Positions 34,892-45,186 are shown, counted from the first letter of the stretch. The stretch is 64,000 nt of DNA from Actinomycetes bacterium (GCA_021827705.1 JAKAUQ010000018.1:21927-85926), one strand, 5' to 3'. Notes: generated from the sequence alone by a model not told the origin. Numbers and translations are program-made.

Positions 34892-37017
34892 GTCCCGACC
34901 CCCGGTCCGCCTTCGTCGAGAGCCTCGGCTTCGGTCTCGACGGGTTCCAGATCGCGGCTCTCGACGCGCTCGACGAGGGACGCAACGTCCTGGTCAGCGC
35001 CCCGACCGGCTCGGGCAAGACCGTCGTGGCGACCTACGCGGTGACGCGCGCCCTGGCCGCGTCGCGCCGCGCCTTCTACACCACGCCGCTCAAGGCCCTG
35101 TCGAACCAGAAGTACCACGAGTACGCCACGCGCTTCGGAGCCGATGCCGTCGGCCTGCTCACCGGCGACGTGTCGATCAACCACGGCGCGCCCGTCATCA
35201 TCATGACGACCGAGGTCCTGCGCAACATGCTGCTCACCGACGCCTCCCAGCTCCACGACGTCGACCTCGTCGTCCTCGACGAGGTGCACTTCCTCCAGGA
35301 CCCCTACCGCGGCGGCGTCTGGGAGGAGGTCCTGATCCTGACCCCGCCACCGGTGCGCTTCGTGGCCCTGTCGGCCACCATCGGCAACGTCGCGCTCCTG
35401 GGGGAGTGGCTGAGCGAGGTCCGCGGGCCTACGGCCGTCGTGGAAGAGACCCGCCGGCCCATCGTGCTGCACCATCACGTCGCCTACGTGGCGCGCGCGA
35501 CCAACGCCGTGGCCCTCGACGAGCTACTCGATGGGCCGCGACTGGCCCCAGCGGCCCGCCGCGTCGACGCCCTGGCGGCCTCGGCCCGCAAGTTCCGCCG
35601 GGGGAGCGGGTGGCACGGGCCGAGCCGCGCCACCCCGCCCGCGCCCGTGCGCCCCCCTCGACGTGGCGAGGTGCTCGAGGCCCTGGCCACTGCCGATCTC
35701 CTGCCGGCGATCGTCTTCGTGTTCTCGCGCGCCGGGTGCGATCACGCGGTGTCCGAGCTGGTGCGCGAGGGTGCCACCTTCGCCACCGCGGCCCAGGCCC
35801 GGGAGGTCGAGCTCATCAGCGACCTGCGCCTGACAGGATTCTCCAACGACGAGCTGCGGGCCCTCGACTACGGCCCCTTCCTCGAGGCCCTGCGTCGCGG
35901 GGTCGCCGCGCACCACGCGGGCATGGTGCCAGCCTTCCGCGAGATCGTAGAAACCTGCTTCGAGCGCGCCCTGCTCGGCGTGGTCTTCGCCACCGAGACC
36001 CTGGCCCTCGGCGTCAACCTGCCGGCCCGCACGGTGGTGATCGAGCGCTTCACCAAGCACACCGACGCGGGACGGCGCATGCTCAGCGCCGCCGACTTCA
36101 CCCAGCTCACCGGGCGGGCGGGACGCCGGGGCCTCGACGACGAGGGCCACGCCGTCGTCGAGTTCGCACCACCCACGACCTTCCACGATGTGGGCCGCGT
36201 GGCGCTGTCGCCTCCTGGGGACCTGCACTCCTCGTTTCGTCCCACCTACAACTTCACGGCCAACCTGGTCGGTCACGTCGACCAGCCCACGGCCTTGGAG
36301 ATCGTCCACCGCTCCTTCGCCCAGTTCGAGGCCCGCCGCACACCAGCGCGCTCGCGACGATCGCTGAGCGAGCTGTTCGGCGCCCGCCTGGCGGTCCTGG
36401 CCGAGCTGCGCTACACGAGCGGCTGGTCCCTGACACCGGCGGGCGAGCTGCTGCGTGCCCTCTACCACGAGAACGACCTGCTGGTGGCCGAGGCTCTGGG
36501 CGCGGGTGCCTTCGACGGGCTCGAGCCGGCCCTCCTGGCCGGCCTCGCCTCGGCCCTGGTCTACCAGGCGCGCCCGCACCGCCACGGCCGCCCCGGTGCG
36601 TCCCCGAGCCCACCCCGGCGCCGGGGGCCCGACCGCATCGGCGGGGAGCGGCGCGCCCTCCTCCAAGAGCGCCTGGCCGTTCTGGGGTCGCTCGCGGCCC
36701 GCGTCCACGTCGCCGAGCAGCGCCACCTCCTGCCGACCTCCGCGACGCCCGACGGCTCCTTTGCCGCACCCCTGATCGCCTGGGCGCGCGGGGTGCCGCT
36801 CGGCACGGCCCTGGACGTGGCCGACGAGACCGTCGGGCCCACCTCGCCGGGCGATTTTGTGCGCACCTCCAAGCAGGTGGCCGACCTGTGCGACCAGATC
36901 GCCCGCGTCGCGCCCGGCCCGATTGCCCACGCCGCGCGCAGCGCCAGCGCGGCCATCGTACGCAGCGTCGTGGCCTCCTCGACGGGCGTCCACCCCCGCG
37001 ACGACGAGGAGCCCTAA
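34888..37017 (+). CDS. helY: Ski2-like DEVH-box RNA helicase, shortened
   Basis: APTGSGKT, PLKALSNQKY, DEVH, LSAT, HHAGM, ATETLALGVNLPA, QLTGRAGRRG; position after tatC. Confidence 0.9.
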   Translation: MSPDPRSAFVESLGFGLDGFQIAALDALDEGRNVLVSAPTGSGKTVVATYAVTRALAASRRAFYTTPLKALSNQKYHEYATRFGADAVGLLTGDVSINHGAPVIIMTTEVLRNMLLTDASQLHDVDLVVLDEVHFLQDPYRGGVWEEVLILTPPPVRFVALSATIGNVALLGEWLSEVRGPTAVVEETRRPIVLHHHVAYVARATNAVALDELLDGPRLAPAARRVDALAASARKFRRGSGWHGPSRATPPAPVRPPRRGEVLEALATADLLPAIVFVFSRAGCDHAVSELVREGATFATAAQAREVELISDLRLTGFSNDELRALDYGPFLEALRRGVAAHHAGMVPAFREIVETCFERALLGVVFATETLALGVNLPARTVVIERFTKHTDAGRRMLSAADFTQLTGRAGRRGLDDEGHAVVEFAPPTTFHDVGRVALSPPGDLHSSFRPTYNFTANLVGHVDQPTALEIVHRSFAQFEARRTPARSRRSLSELFGARLAVLAELRYTSGWSLTPAGELLRALYHENDLLVAEALGAGAFDGLEPALLAGLASALVYQARPHRHGRPGASPSPPRRRGPDRIGGERRALLQERLAVLGSLAARVHVAEQRHLLPTSATPDGSFAAPLIAWARGVPLGTALDVADETVGPTSPGDFVRTSKQVADLCDQIARVAPGPIAHAARSASAAIVRSVVASSTGVHPRDDEEP

Positions 37018-37028
37018 CCTCGTCCCCG

Positions 37029-38645
37029 ATGCACGTCTACGCCCAAGAGACCTTCTCGCCCGAGGAGCGCGACGTCCTGCGCCGGTACTTCACGAACCTC
37101 GATGGACCGGTGTTTGCCCTGGTCAACCTGCCCGATGTGGTCAAGGGCGCCCTCTTCGCGCGCTACTCGCGCTCCTCCAAGAGCCTGCGGCGCCTCTTCC
37201 TCGACGAGTTCGCCGGGGACCTCGACCTGCGAGGCGACCAGACCGTGGACGCCACCCGGGGCCTGGAGCGCGCCGACCAGCTCTACCAGCGCATCTTCGT
37301 CGAGTACGGCGACGACTCGGTGGCCCAGCTCGGCGGCGTGCACCTGGCCTGCGAGCAGGCCAGCAACCTGCTGACCAAGATCCTCGAGCGGGGGCGCCTC
37401 ATGAGCTACCTCGAGCAGTCCACGCGCTACCTGAGCTTCGATCGTCGCCTGCCGAACGGCCACTACCGCTTCTACCGCGACGAGGAACTTCTGGAGTCGC
37501 GCCACGGGGCGCGGGTCGTGGGCGAGATGGACCGGATGTTCGACACCTACGCCGAGCTGGTGCCGCGCTTGATTGCCTGGTTGCGCCAGCGCTTCCCCCA
37601 GTCAGCCCAGGACACCGACCTCGTCTACCGCCAAGCCATCCGCGCCAAGGCCTTCGACGCCTTGCGCGGCCTGCTTCCCGCGGCGGCCCTCTCCAACCTC
37701 GGCATGTACGGCTCGGGCCAGGCCTACGAGCACCTCCTCTTGCGGCTGCGCGCCCACCCGCTGCCCGAGGCCCGCGCCTACGGCGCACTGATCCAGGCCG
37801 AGTTGGCCAAGGTCATCCCCTCGTTCCTGCGCCGTCTCGACATCCCCGAGCGGGGTGGCGCCTGGGTCGAGTACCTCGAGCAGACCCGCCAGCACGCCCA
37901 GGGGGCCGTGCACGCTCTGGAGACGGCGTCGCCCGTCCCCTCGGGCCCCACGGTACGCCTGGTGCGCTTCGACGCCGACGGCGAGCGTGCGGTGCTGGCC
38001 GCCATCGCCTTCGAGCACGGAGCCGCCTCCTACGCCGACGCCAAGGCCCTCGTCGACCGCCTCGAGCCCGCCGGGCGCGCCGCGCTGCTCGCCGCCTACG
38101 TGGGCGAGCGCCGGAACCGACGTCACCGGCCCGGTCGGGCCTTCGAGGCCACGACCTACACCTTCGAGGTGGTCTCGGATTACGGGGCTTTCCGCGACCT
38201 CCAGCGCCACCGCCTGGCGACCGTCGAGTGGCAGGCCCTGAATGCCGACCTCGGCTACGAGACGCCCGACCTGGTGCGCGAGGCCGGACTGGCCGCGCCC
38301 TACCAGGCCTCCCTGGAGCGCTCCGGGGACCTCTACCACGAGCTGCGCGACGAGTTCCCCCTGCAAGCCCAGTACGCCGTGGCCCTGGCCTTCCACATCC
38401 GCTACGCGATGACCATGAACCTGCGCGAGGCTCTGCACGTCATCGAGCTGCGCTCGGGACCCCAAGGGCATCCCAACTACCGTCGCATCGCTCACCAGAT
38501 GCTCGATCTCATCGGCGACCAGGCCGGACACCGGCTCCTCGCCGCGACCTTCACCCAGGTGGACACCTCCGAGACCGATCTGGAGCGCCTGGAGGCCGAG
38601 CGACGCGCCGAACGTGCCCGGGCCGAGACCCGTCCCGCCACCTGA
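37029..38645 (+). CDS. thyX: FAD-dependent thymidylate synthase-like protein with tandem ThyX domains
   Basis: ALFARYSRS, YGDDSVAQL, ERGRLMSYLEQSTRY, second domain DYGAFRDLQRHR and ELRSGPQGH..YR. Confidence 0.75.
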   Translation: MHVYAQETFSPEERDVLRRYFTNLDGPVFALVNLPDVVKGALFARYSRSSKSLRRLFLDEFAGDLDLRGDQTVDATRGLERADQLYQRIFVEYGDDSVAQLGGVHLACEQASNLLTKILERGRLMSYLEQSTRYLSFDRRLPNGHYRFYRDEELLESRHGARVVGEMDRMFDTYAELVPRLIAWLRQRFPQSAQDTDLVYRQAIRAKAFDALRGLLPAAALSNLGMYGSGQAYEHLLLRLRAHPLPEARAYGALIQAELAKVIPSFLRRLDIPERGGAWVEYLEQTRQHAQGAVHALETASPVPSGPTVRLVRFDADGERAVLAAIAFEHGAASYADAKALVDRLEPAGRAALLAAYVGERRNRRHRPGRAFEATTYTFEVVSDYGAFRDLQRHRLATVEWQALNADLGYETPDLVREAGLAAPYQASLERSGDLYHELRDEFPLQAQYAVALAFHIRYAMTMNLREALHVIELRSGPQGHPNYRRIAHQMLDLIGDQAGHRLLAATFTQVDTSETDLERLEAERRAERARAETRPAT

Positions 38646-38710
38646 GCCCCCCGATCCGCACGCGACCTCGTCAAAACGTTCTACACTGCCTGCGCTGCGA
38701 AAGGGCAAAC

Positions 38711-39232
38711 ATGGTACGCGACCGCGATGCTGACGAGACCTTCGACGAAGAAGAGCTCGCTGAGGGCTTCGACGAGGAGATCGACGAGGAGTTCTCCGTC
38801 GACGAGGAGGACGACGACGACGCCTTCGATGGCAACGTGCTCGAGGACGAGGGCGCTGACGAGTCCGGTGACGAGATCGGTGACGAGATGCCACTGGAGA
38901 GCCCCATCGAGACCGACGACGACGCCATCGATGACGACACCGACGACGAGGGCGTGGTCGAGGCCGATAGCCCCCCGGTCGAGGACGACGACGACCTGGT
39001 CGACGACAGCGACATCGAGATGGCCCTCGACCAGGTGCTGGCGGAGACCATCATGCGCACCGCCGTGGTCGATGATGACGACGACGGCGTCGACGTCGAC
39101 CCCGAGTCGGCGCTCACCGAGACGATCCTGCCCAAGCAGGACGACGAGTTCCGCTGCTCCTCGTGCCGCCTCTTGAAGAAGGTCAGCCAGCTCGCAGACG
39201 CGGACAAGTCGCTCTGCCGTGACTGCGTCTGA
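38711..39232 (+). CDS. DUF4193-like protein with hyperacidic N-terminal region and C-terminal Cys4 motif
   Basis: SD AAGGG, -10 TACACT upstream; ends PKQDDEFRCSSC...SQLAD...CRDCV; 71 of 173 residues are D/E. Confidence 0.8.
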   Translation: MVRDRDADETFDEEELAEGFDEEIDEEFSVDEEDDDDAFDGNVLEDEGADESGDEIGDEMPLESPIETDDDAIDDDTDDEGVVEADSPPVEDDDDLVDDSDIEMALDQVLAETIMRTAVVDDDDDGVDVDPESALTETILPKQDDEFRCSSCRLLKKVSQLADADKSLCRDCV

Positions 39233-39635
39233 GGCTTCGCCCGCTCGGGCCCTGGCGTCACGGGACGACCTGGCCGACCTGTGGGTCGCCGCCCTGACCG
39301 CCGTGCGCCACCAGCGCGGCGGGACGGCCCTGGCGCGAGATCTCGCCGCGGGGCGTTCGGATCACGCCTGGCTCGACGAGGTGGTCGCGCGAGCGAACCT
39401 CTGGCACGTCGGCGACGCCGCTCTGGCGCTGGTGGACGCCTCGACGATCCTCGGGCTCTACGTCGTGCCCGACCAGAGACGCCGCGGCTTGGCTCGCACG
39501 CTCGTGACCGCCCTCCGTGAGGCCCACCCCTCGCTGCGTGACGCCCTGGTGCTGCCCGGCGACCGCGCGAGCAAGTCGCTCTACGAGTCCCTGGGCTGGC
39601 GGGCGCGTCTGCTTACGATGGCCGAGCCGAGCTGA
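39219..39635 (+). CDS. GNAT family acetyltransferase-like protein
   Basis: LYVVPDQRRRGLARTLV (motif A), LPGDRASKSLYESLGW (motif B). Confidence 0.7.
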   Translation: MTASEASPARALASRDDLADLWVAALTAVRHQRGGTALARDLAAGRSDHAWLDEVVARANLWHVGDAALALVDASTILGLYVVPDQRRRGLARTLVTALREAHPSLRDALVLPGDRASKSLYESLGWRARLLTMAEPS

Positions 39636-40965
39636 CGCGCCGGCGCGGGCGCGCCAAGGGTGGGGGAGGGGGCACCTTTATCCCGAGCAGCGTGGCCAGC
39701 GCGGGGATGGCTCCCGCATCGCGATGCGCCAGAGCCCGGCTCTCCTCGTCGTCGGGGATCCCGGTCGGCTTGATCGTGCGCCGAATGGTCGTGGCCGCGG
39801 CCAGCGTGACGATCTCACGCCAGCGTGCCGGGTCCTGATCCGCGCTGAGGGCGGCCGAGACCACATCGATGACCTTGGTCGCCAGCTCGGCCGAGAGCTG
39901 GGTGGAGAAGTCGGGCGGGTCGGCCACCAGCTGCAGGGCGGTGACGGCGTCGGCGGCGCGGACGGCCGCCTCGATGCGCTCGATCCAGCGGGCGCGCAGC
40001 GCCTCGATCCTCGCGCTCAGCGTGGCCTGAAGCTCCTTGAGCTGCCCGCGCGCCTCGTCGTCGAGAGTGATGGTCTTGGCCGCCGTCACGACCGCGCGCA
40101 GCTCGCGCAGGCGCAATTGCCCGCGCGGGGCGGCCAGGGCGGTCGCCGCCCGGTCCTTCCAGGCGGCCACGTTCGTGCGGCCCAGGAGATCCTCGGCGAT
40201 GCGCTCGATAGTCAGTGGGTCCACCGTGGGGCGGCCCTGGACCAGGGCGTTGCGATTCTGCTCTTCGACGGCGCTGCGCACCGCAAGCATGCCCCCGCGC
40301 AGCAGCTGCTCAGCTACCGCAAGCTGCTCGGGCGCCAACTGCGCCAAGAAGGCGTTGCGGTGCACCGTGCTGGCGGCTGGAACCGTCGGGCGCGGTGTGC
40401 GCGCCCGGGCATCGCCGCGCCGGCTGGAGGAGCGCTCGGAAGCCCCGTGGTCGCCTCCGGAGCGCTCGTCGCGGCTGCGCTCGTCGCGGGCGCGAGGCGC
40501 GCGTGTCGCGGGGGCCTCACCGGAGCGAGGAGGAGCGTCCGAGCGGTGCTCCCGGGGTCGACTGGGGCCGCCCTCCCGGGGACGGCTGGGGCCGCCCTCC
40601 CGGGGACGGCTGGGGCCGCCCTCCCGGCGCGGACGGCGCTCCTCGCGGGCATCACCGCGTCGCGGACCGCGGCCCTTGGGAGCGTAGGTGACCGTCACGT
40701 CGGTCGACGGCGCCGCCCCCGGAATCAGGGTCAGGCGCTCGTTGTGCGGATCGAGCGGCGAGGCGGACTTGGCCGGCAGCACGGCCACGATCTCCAGGCC
40801 CTCCATGTACTGCTCGGCGTCGGCACGGTAGGTCGTGCCCACCGCTGCTCCTGGTGGGAGCAGCGACACGTTCACGACGCCCTTGGGCAGGCGCGCGCCC
40901 GCTGCTCGCCACGTGGCGACCTCACCGTTGACACTGGTGATCTCGATGTCGATGCGGCGCGGCAT
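39613..40965 (-). CDS. Hypothetical protein: beta-rich N-domain, Arg-rich repeat linker, helical C-domain
   Basis: Good coding bias over 450 aa; (REGGPSRP)x3 linker; -10-like TAGATT 8 nt upstream. Confidence 0.8.
   Translation of the reverse strand: MPRRIDIEITSVNGEVATWRAAGARLPKGVVNVSLLPPGAAVGTTYRADAEQYMEGLEIVAVLPAKSASPLDPHNERLTLIPGAAPSTDVTVTYAPKGRGPRRGDAREERRPRREGGPSRPREGGPSRPREGGPSRPREHRSDAPPRSGEAPATRAPRARDERSRDERSGGDHGASERSSSRRGDARARTPRPTVPAASTVHRNAFLAQLAPEQLAVAEQLLRGGMLAVRSAVEEQNRNALVQGRPTVDPLTIERIAEDLLGRTNVAAWKDRAATALAAPRGQLRLRELRAVVTAAKTITLDDEARGQLKELQATLSARIEALRARWIERIEAAVRAADAVTALQLVADPPDFSTQLSAELATKVIDVVSAALSADQDPARWREIVTLAAATTIRRTIKPTGIPDDEESRALAHRDAGAIPALATLLGIKVPPPPPLARPRRRVSSARPS
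40549..40627. repeat. 24-bp coding tandem repeat, about 3.3 copies
   Basis: Unit CTCCCGGGGACGGCTGGGGCCGCC at 40549, 40573 and 40597 plus a partial copy; encodes REGGPSRP on the minus strand. Confidence 0.9.
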
Positions 40966-41050
40966 AGGGCACTAATCTACTCGGTTTGCCGCGAGGAACT
41001 CTTCGAGGCCCCTTAGCCGGCCTTTATCGCAATGTGCTTAGCATGACCTG

Positions 41051-42376
<1,326 letters not shown>

Positions 42377-43165
42377 TCAGCGCAGGGTGGCGATCCCGCC
42401 GTCGACGGGTAGCACCGCACCGGTGATGTAGCTGGCCGCCGGCGAGGCGAGGAAGATGGCCGCCCCCGCCATGTCGGAGGGCCGCCCGATCCGCTTGAGG
42501 GGTGCGGCCTCGGCGATCTGCTCGCCGAAGGCCTCCAGGGTCGCGTGCATCATCTTGGACTCGAAGGGTCCCGGCGCGATGGCGTTGACCGTCACCAGCG
42601 GCGCGAGGGCCCGCGCCAGGTGCCGCGTCAGATGGTGGACCGCGGCCTTCGACGACGAGTAGGCGTAGGTCTCCATCTCGGGCACCCGCAAGCCGTCGAT
42701 CGACCCGATGTTGATCACGCGCGCCGGATCGGCGGGTGTGGCCCCGGTCTCCAGGGCGCCGCGCAGGAACCGCGTCAGGTGGAACGTGGCCTGGACGTTC
42801 AGGTCGAAGACGCGGGCGAAGGCCCGATCGTCGTAGTCGGCCAGCGGCGCGCCCCACGTGGCCCCGGCATTATTGACCAGGACGTCGAGCTGCCCCGTGG
42901 TCGCCAAGACCTGGTCGGCCAGCTCCTGGCACCCGGCCATCGTCGACAGGTCCGCCGGCAGGGCGGCGCAGGGGCCATCCGCGGACAGCTCGGCCGCCAG
43001 GCGCTGACAGGCCTCGGCCTTGCGCGAGGAGACAAGGACGCTGGCCCCGGCGGCCACGAAGCCGCGCACGATCATCTCACCGATGCCCCGGCTGCCCCCG
43101 GTCACCAGCACGGTGCGCCCGGCGACGTCGAAGAGCCCGCCCGCCGTGTCGGCGGCCCCGCTCAC
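42377..43165 (-). CDS. Short-chain dehydrogenase/reductase
   Basis: TGGSRGIG, NNAG, GSIDG, YSSSK (YxxxK). Confidence 0.9.
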   Translation of the reverse strand: MSGAADTAGGLFDVAGRTVLVTGGSRGIGEMIVRGFVAAGASVLVSSRKAEACQRLAAELSADGPCAALPADLSTMAGCQELADQVLATTGQLDVLVNNAGATWGAPLADYDDRAFARVFDLNVQATFHLTRFLRGALETGATPADPARVINIGSIDGLRVPEMETYAYSSSKAAVHHLTRHLARALAPLVTVNAIAPGPFESKMMHATLEAFGEQIAEAAPLKRIGRPSDMAGAAIFLASPAASYITGAVLPVDGGIATLR

Positions 43166-43167
43166 GC

Positions 43168-43575
43168 CTAACTGCCGACGCGCAGTACCGTCGTGCCCAC
43201 GGCGGTCACCGGGTCGGGCACGGTGGGATCCGGCGCGTACTGCGCCTTGATCGTCCAGTTGCCCGGCACGGTGAAGTTGAAGCCACAGATGACCCGGCTG
43301 TTGTTGACCGCCCGGAACCGGCACACCAAGTTGGGCACGCCCGCGTCGCTCGGAGAGATGGCTACCGTGCGCACGAAACCACCCGTGCCCTCAGGCAGCA
43401 CATCAACCTTCACGTTGAAGACGCCGCCGCTCACCGACGGAGCACCTCCGTTGTCGCTCAGGTCGAAAGACAGCAGAGGTGTGGGCGCCGAGGAGGAACT
43501 CGAGTCGGCCACAGCAGGAGTCGCGACGGCCACCACGGACACAACCATCGCCAGGCTGACCAGCCATCGCCGCAT
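43168..43575 (-). CDS. Secreted beta-sandwich (Ig-like) hypothetical protein
   Basis: Signal peptide MRRWLVSLAMVVSVVAVATPAVA, Ser linker, Cys pair, GNWTIKAQY motif. Confidence 0.7.
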   Translation of the reverse strand: MRRWLVSLAMVVSVVAVATPAVADSSSSSAPTPLLSFDLSDNGGAPSVSGGVFNVKVDVLPEGTGGFVRTVAISPSDAGVPNLVCRFRAVNNSRVICGFNFTVPGNWTIKAQYAPDPTVPDPVTAVGTTVLRVGS

Positions 43576-43685
43576 GGGACCACTATAGCAGGGTCCTCTC
43601 CCCTAACCGCCGATAATGTTCGTTATGTAAAGTGACGGATCAGGCAGCCCCCGGCCTGGTCACGCTCCACTAACATCACTGGGCC

Positions 43686-44111
43686 ATGGCCCCCGCCCTC
43701 TCGCTCCCGCCGCGGCGCCTGGCTGCCGTGGGCGCACTGGTCCTGATCGCGGGAGCTGCCGGGACCGCGCTGCGCGACGCCGTACTGACCTGGTGGCCCG
43801 CAGCCAGCGCGCCCCGGGCCGCCTGGCCAACGGTCATTCCCTGGGCGCTCACGGTCATCAACACGCTCGGCGTCGTCGTCGCCGTGCGCCTGCTGCGCAC
43901 GGTCCTGCGGGCCCACGACCCCAACAACCCCTGGCGTCTCGTCTGGATCACCGGCTTCCTGGGCGGATTCACCTCATACTCCAGCCTGGTGGCCGCCTGG
44001 GCCGTCGCCTGGCACCGGTCGGTTTTCGCTGGGCTGCTCGAGGCGGGACTCACGGTCGCCCTGGGGGTACTGGCCGCCCAGGCCAGCCTGCGCTGGCCGA
44101 GCCACCAATGA
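43686..44111 (+). CDS. crcB: Fluoride channel Fluc/CrcB (paralog 1, divergent)
   Basis: GAAGTALR, INTLG, TGFLGGFTSYSS. Confidence 0.78.
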   Translation: MAPALSLPPRRLAAVGALVLIAGAAGTALRDAVLTWWPAASAPRAAWPTVIPWALTVINTLGVVVAVRLLRTVLRAHDPNNPWRLVWITGFLGGFTSYSSLVAAWAVAWHRSVFAGLLEAGLTVALGVLAAQASLRWPSHQ

Positions 44112-44467
44112 CCTTCCTCCTCGTCAGCCTGTTCGGCGGAGTGGGAGCCGTTGTCCGTTTCGGCGCCGAGTACGTGACGCGCGAGCACCATCCCACGCGA
44201 CGGCCCTGGGCGACCGTCGGGGTCAACGCGCTGGGTGCCCTTCTCGTCGGCCTGGCCCTCAGCGCGCTGGCGGGACCCCGTGACGCGCACCTGCGCGACA
44301 TCGTCATCACGGGCTTCTGCGGGGGCCTGACGACATTCTCGTCGGCCTTCGCCATCCCCGCCCTCCTCCAGCGCGAGCACCACTGGGCCTACGCCGCCGC
44401 CCTGGTGCTGGCCACGCCCATCGTGGCCGGTGGGGCCTTCGCGCTCGGGCTGGCTCTGGGCCACTAG
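44108..44467 (+). CDS. crcB: Fluoride channel Fluc/CrcB (paralog 2)
   Basis: GGVGAVVRF, PWATVGVNALG, TGFCGGLTTFS; ATGA overlap with paralog 1. Confidence 0.88.
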   Translation: MTFLLVSLFGGVGAVVRFGAEYVTREHHPTRRPWATVGVNALGALLVGLALSALAGPRDAHLRDIVITGFCGGLTTFSSAFAIPALLQREHHWAYAAALVLATPIVAGGAFALGLALGH

Positions 44468-45186
44468 CCGCGCCGCGCGCGCGCGGCCTCGACCACCCAC
44501 GCGAAGGTCGGGTCCGGACGGCCCAACAGCTCGGGATGCCACTGCACGGCCAGGATCTGGCCCCCGATCGATTCGAGGCCCTCGATCTCCCCGTCGTCGG
44601 CCCGCGCGGTGACGACCAGCCCCGCGCCAACCTCGGCGACCACCTGATGGTGCAGCGAGTTCACGGCGGCCTCCTCGCCCACCAGCTGGCGCAGGTGCGA
44701 CCCCGGTGTCGTCCTGACCCTGTGCGAGGGCTGGTGACCGTCCCGGGACCACTGGGGGTGACCCCGGCCCGCCACCAGCGGCACGTCCTGGCGCAGCGAC
44801 CCGCCGCGCGCGACGTTGACCATCTGCAGGCCCCGACAGATCGCCAGGATCGGCAGGTCCCGGCGCTCGGCGGCCTCGAGCAGGGCGAGCTCCCAGGCGT
44901 CGCGCGTCGGCTCCAGGGCTCCCAGTCCGTCCTCGGGCGCGGCCCCGTAGAGCGCCGGGTCGATGTCGGCTCCCCCACTCAGGACCAGGCCGTCGAGCAG
45001 GTCGGCCACGTCCTCGACGTCCGCGTCGCGCGTCAACTGCACGGGCACGCCCCCCGCGGCCGCGACCGCGGCGGCGTAGTCGGCGAAGTGCACGTCGATC
45101 TCCAGTCCGGCCATCGCGGCCGGGACGTGCGACCCGAACCACCGGGCCGGCCAGCGCCGGCCCGTGATCCCGATCCGCGGCCTCAC
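44464..45186 (-). CDS. Gamma-glutamyl hydrolase, peptidase C26 (PuuD-like)
   Basis: LDGLVLSGGADIDP, LAICRGLQ (Cys), VNSLHHQ, AVQWHPE (His-Glu); GTGA overlap with gcvPB stop. Confidence 0.9.
   Translation of the reverse strand: MRPRIGITGRRWPARWFGSHVPAAMAGLEIDVHFADYAAAVAAAGGVPVQLTRDADVEDVADLLDGLVLSGGADIDPALYGAAPEDGLGALEPTRDAWELALLEAAERRDLPILAICRGLQMVNVARGGSLRQDVPLVAGRGHPQWSRDGHQPSHRVRTTPGSHLRQLVGEEAAVNSLHHQVVAEVGAGLVVTARADDGEIEGLESIGGQILAVQWHPELLGRPDPTFAWVVEAARARRG

Noticed and set aside
43576-43685. Fluoride riboswitch upstream of crcB
   Set aside because: Core consensus (GATGG..TTC.CC...AACCGC...GCTGATGAC) is not present on the coding strand; only an isolated AACCGCC
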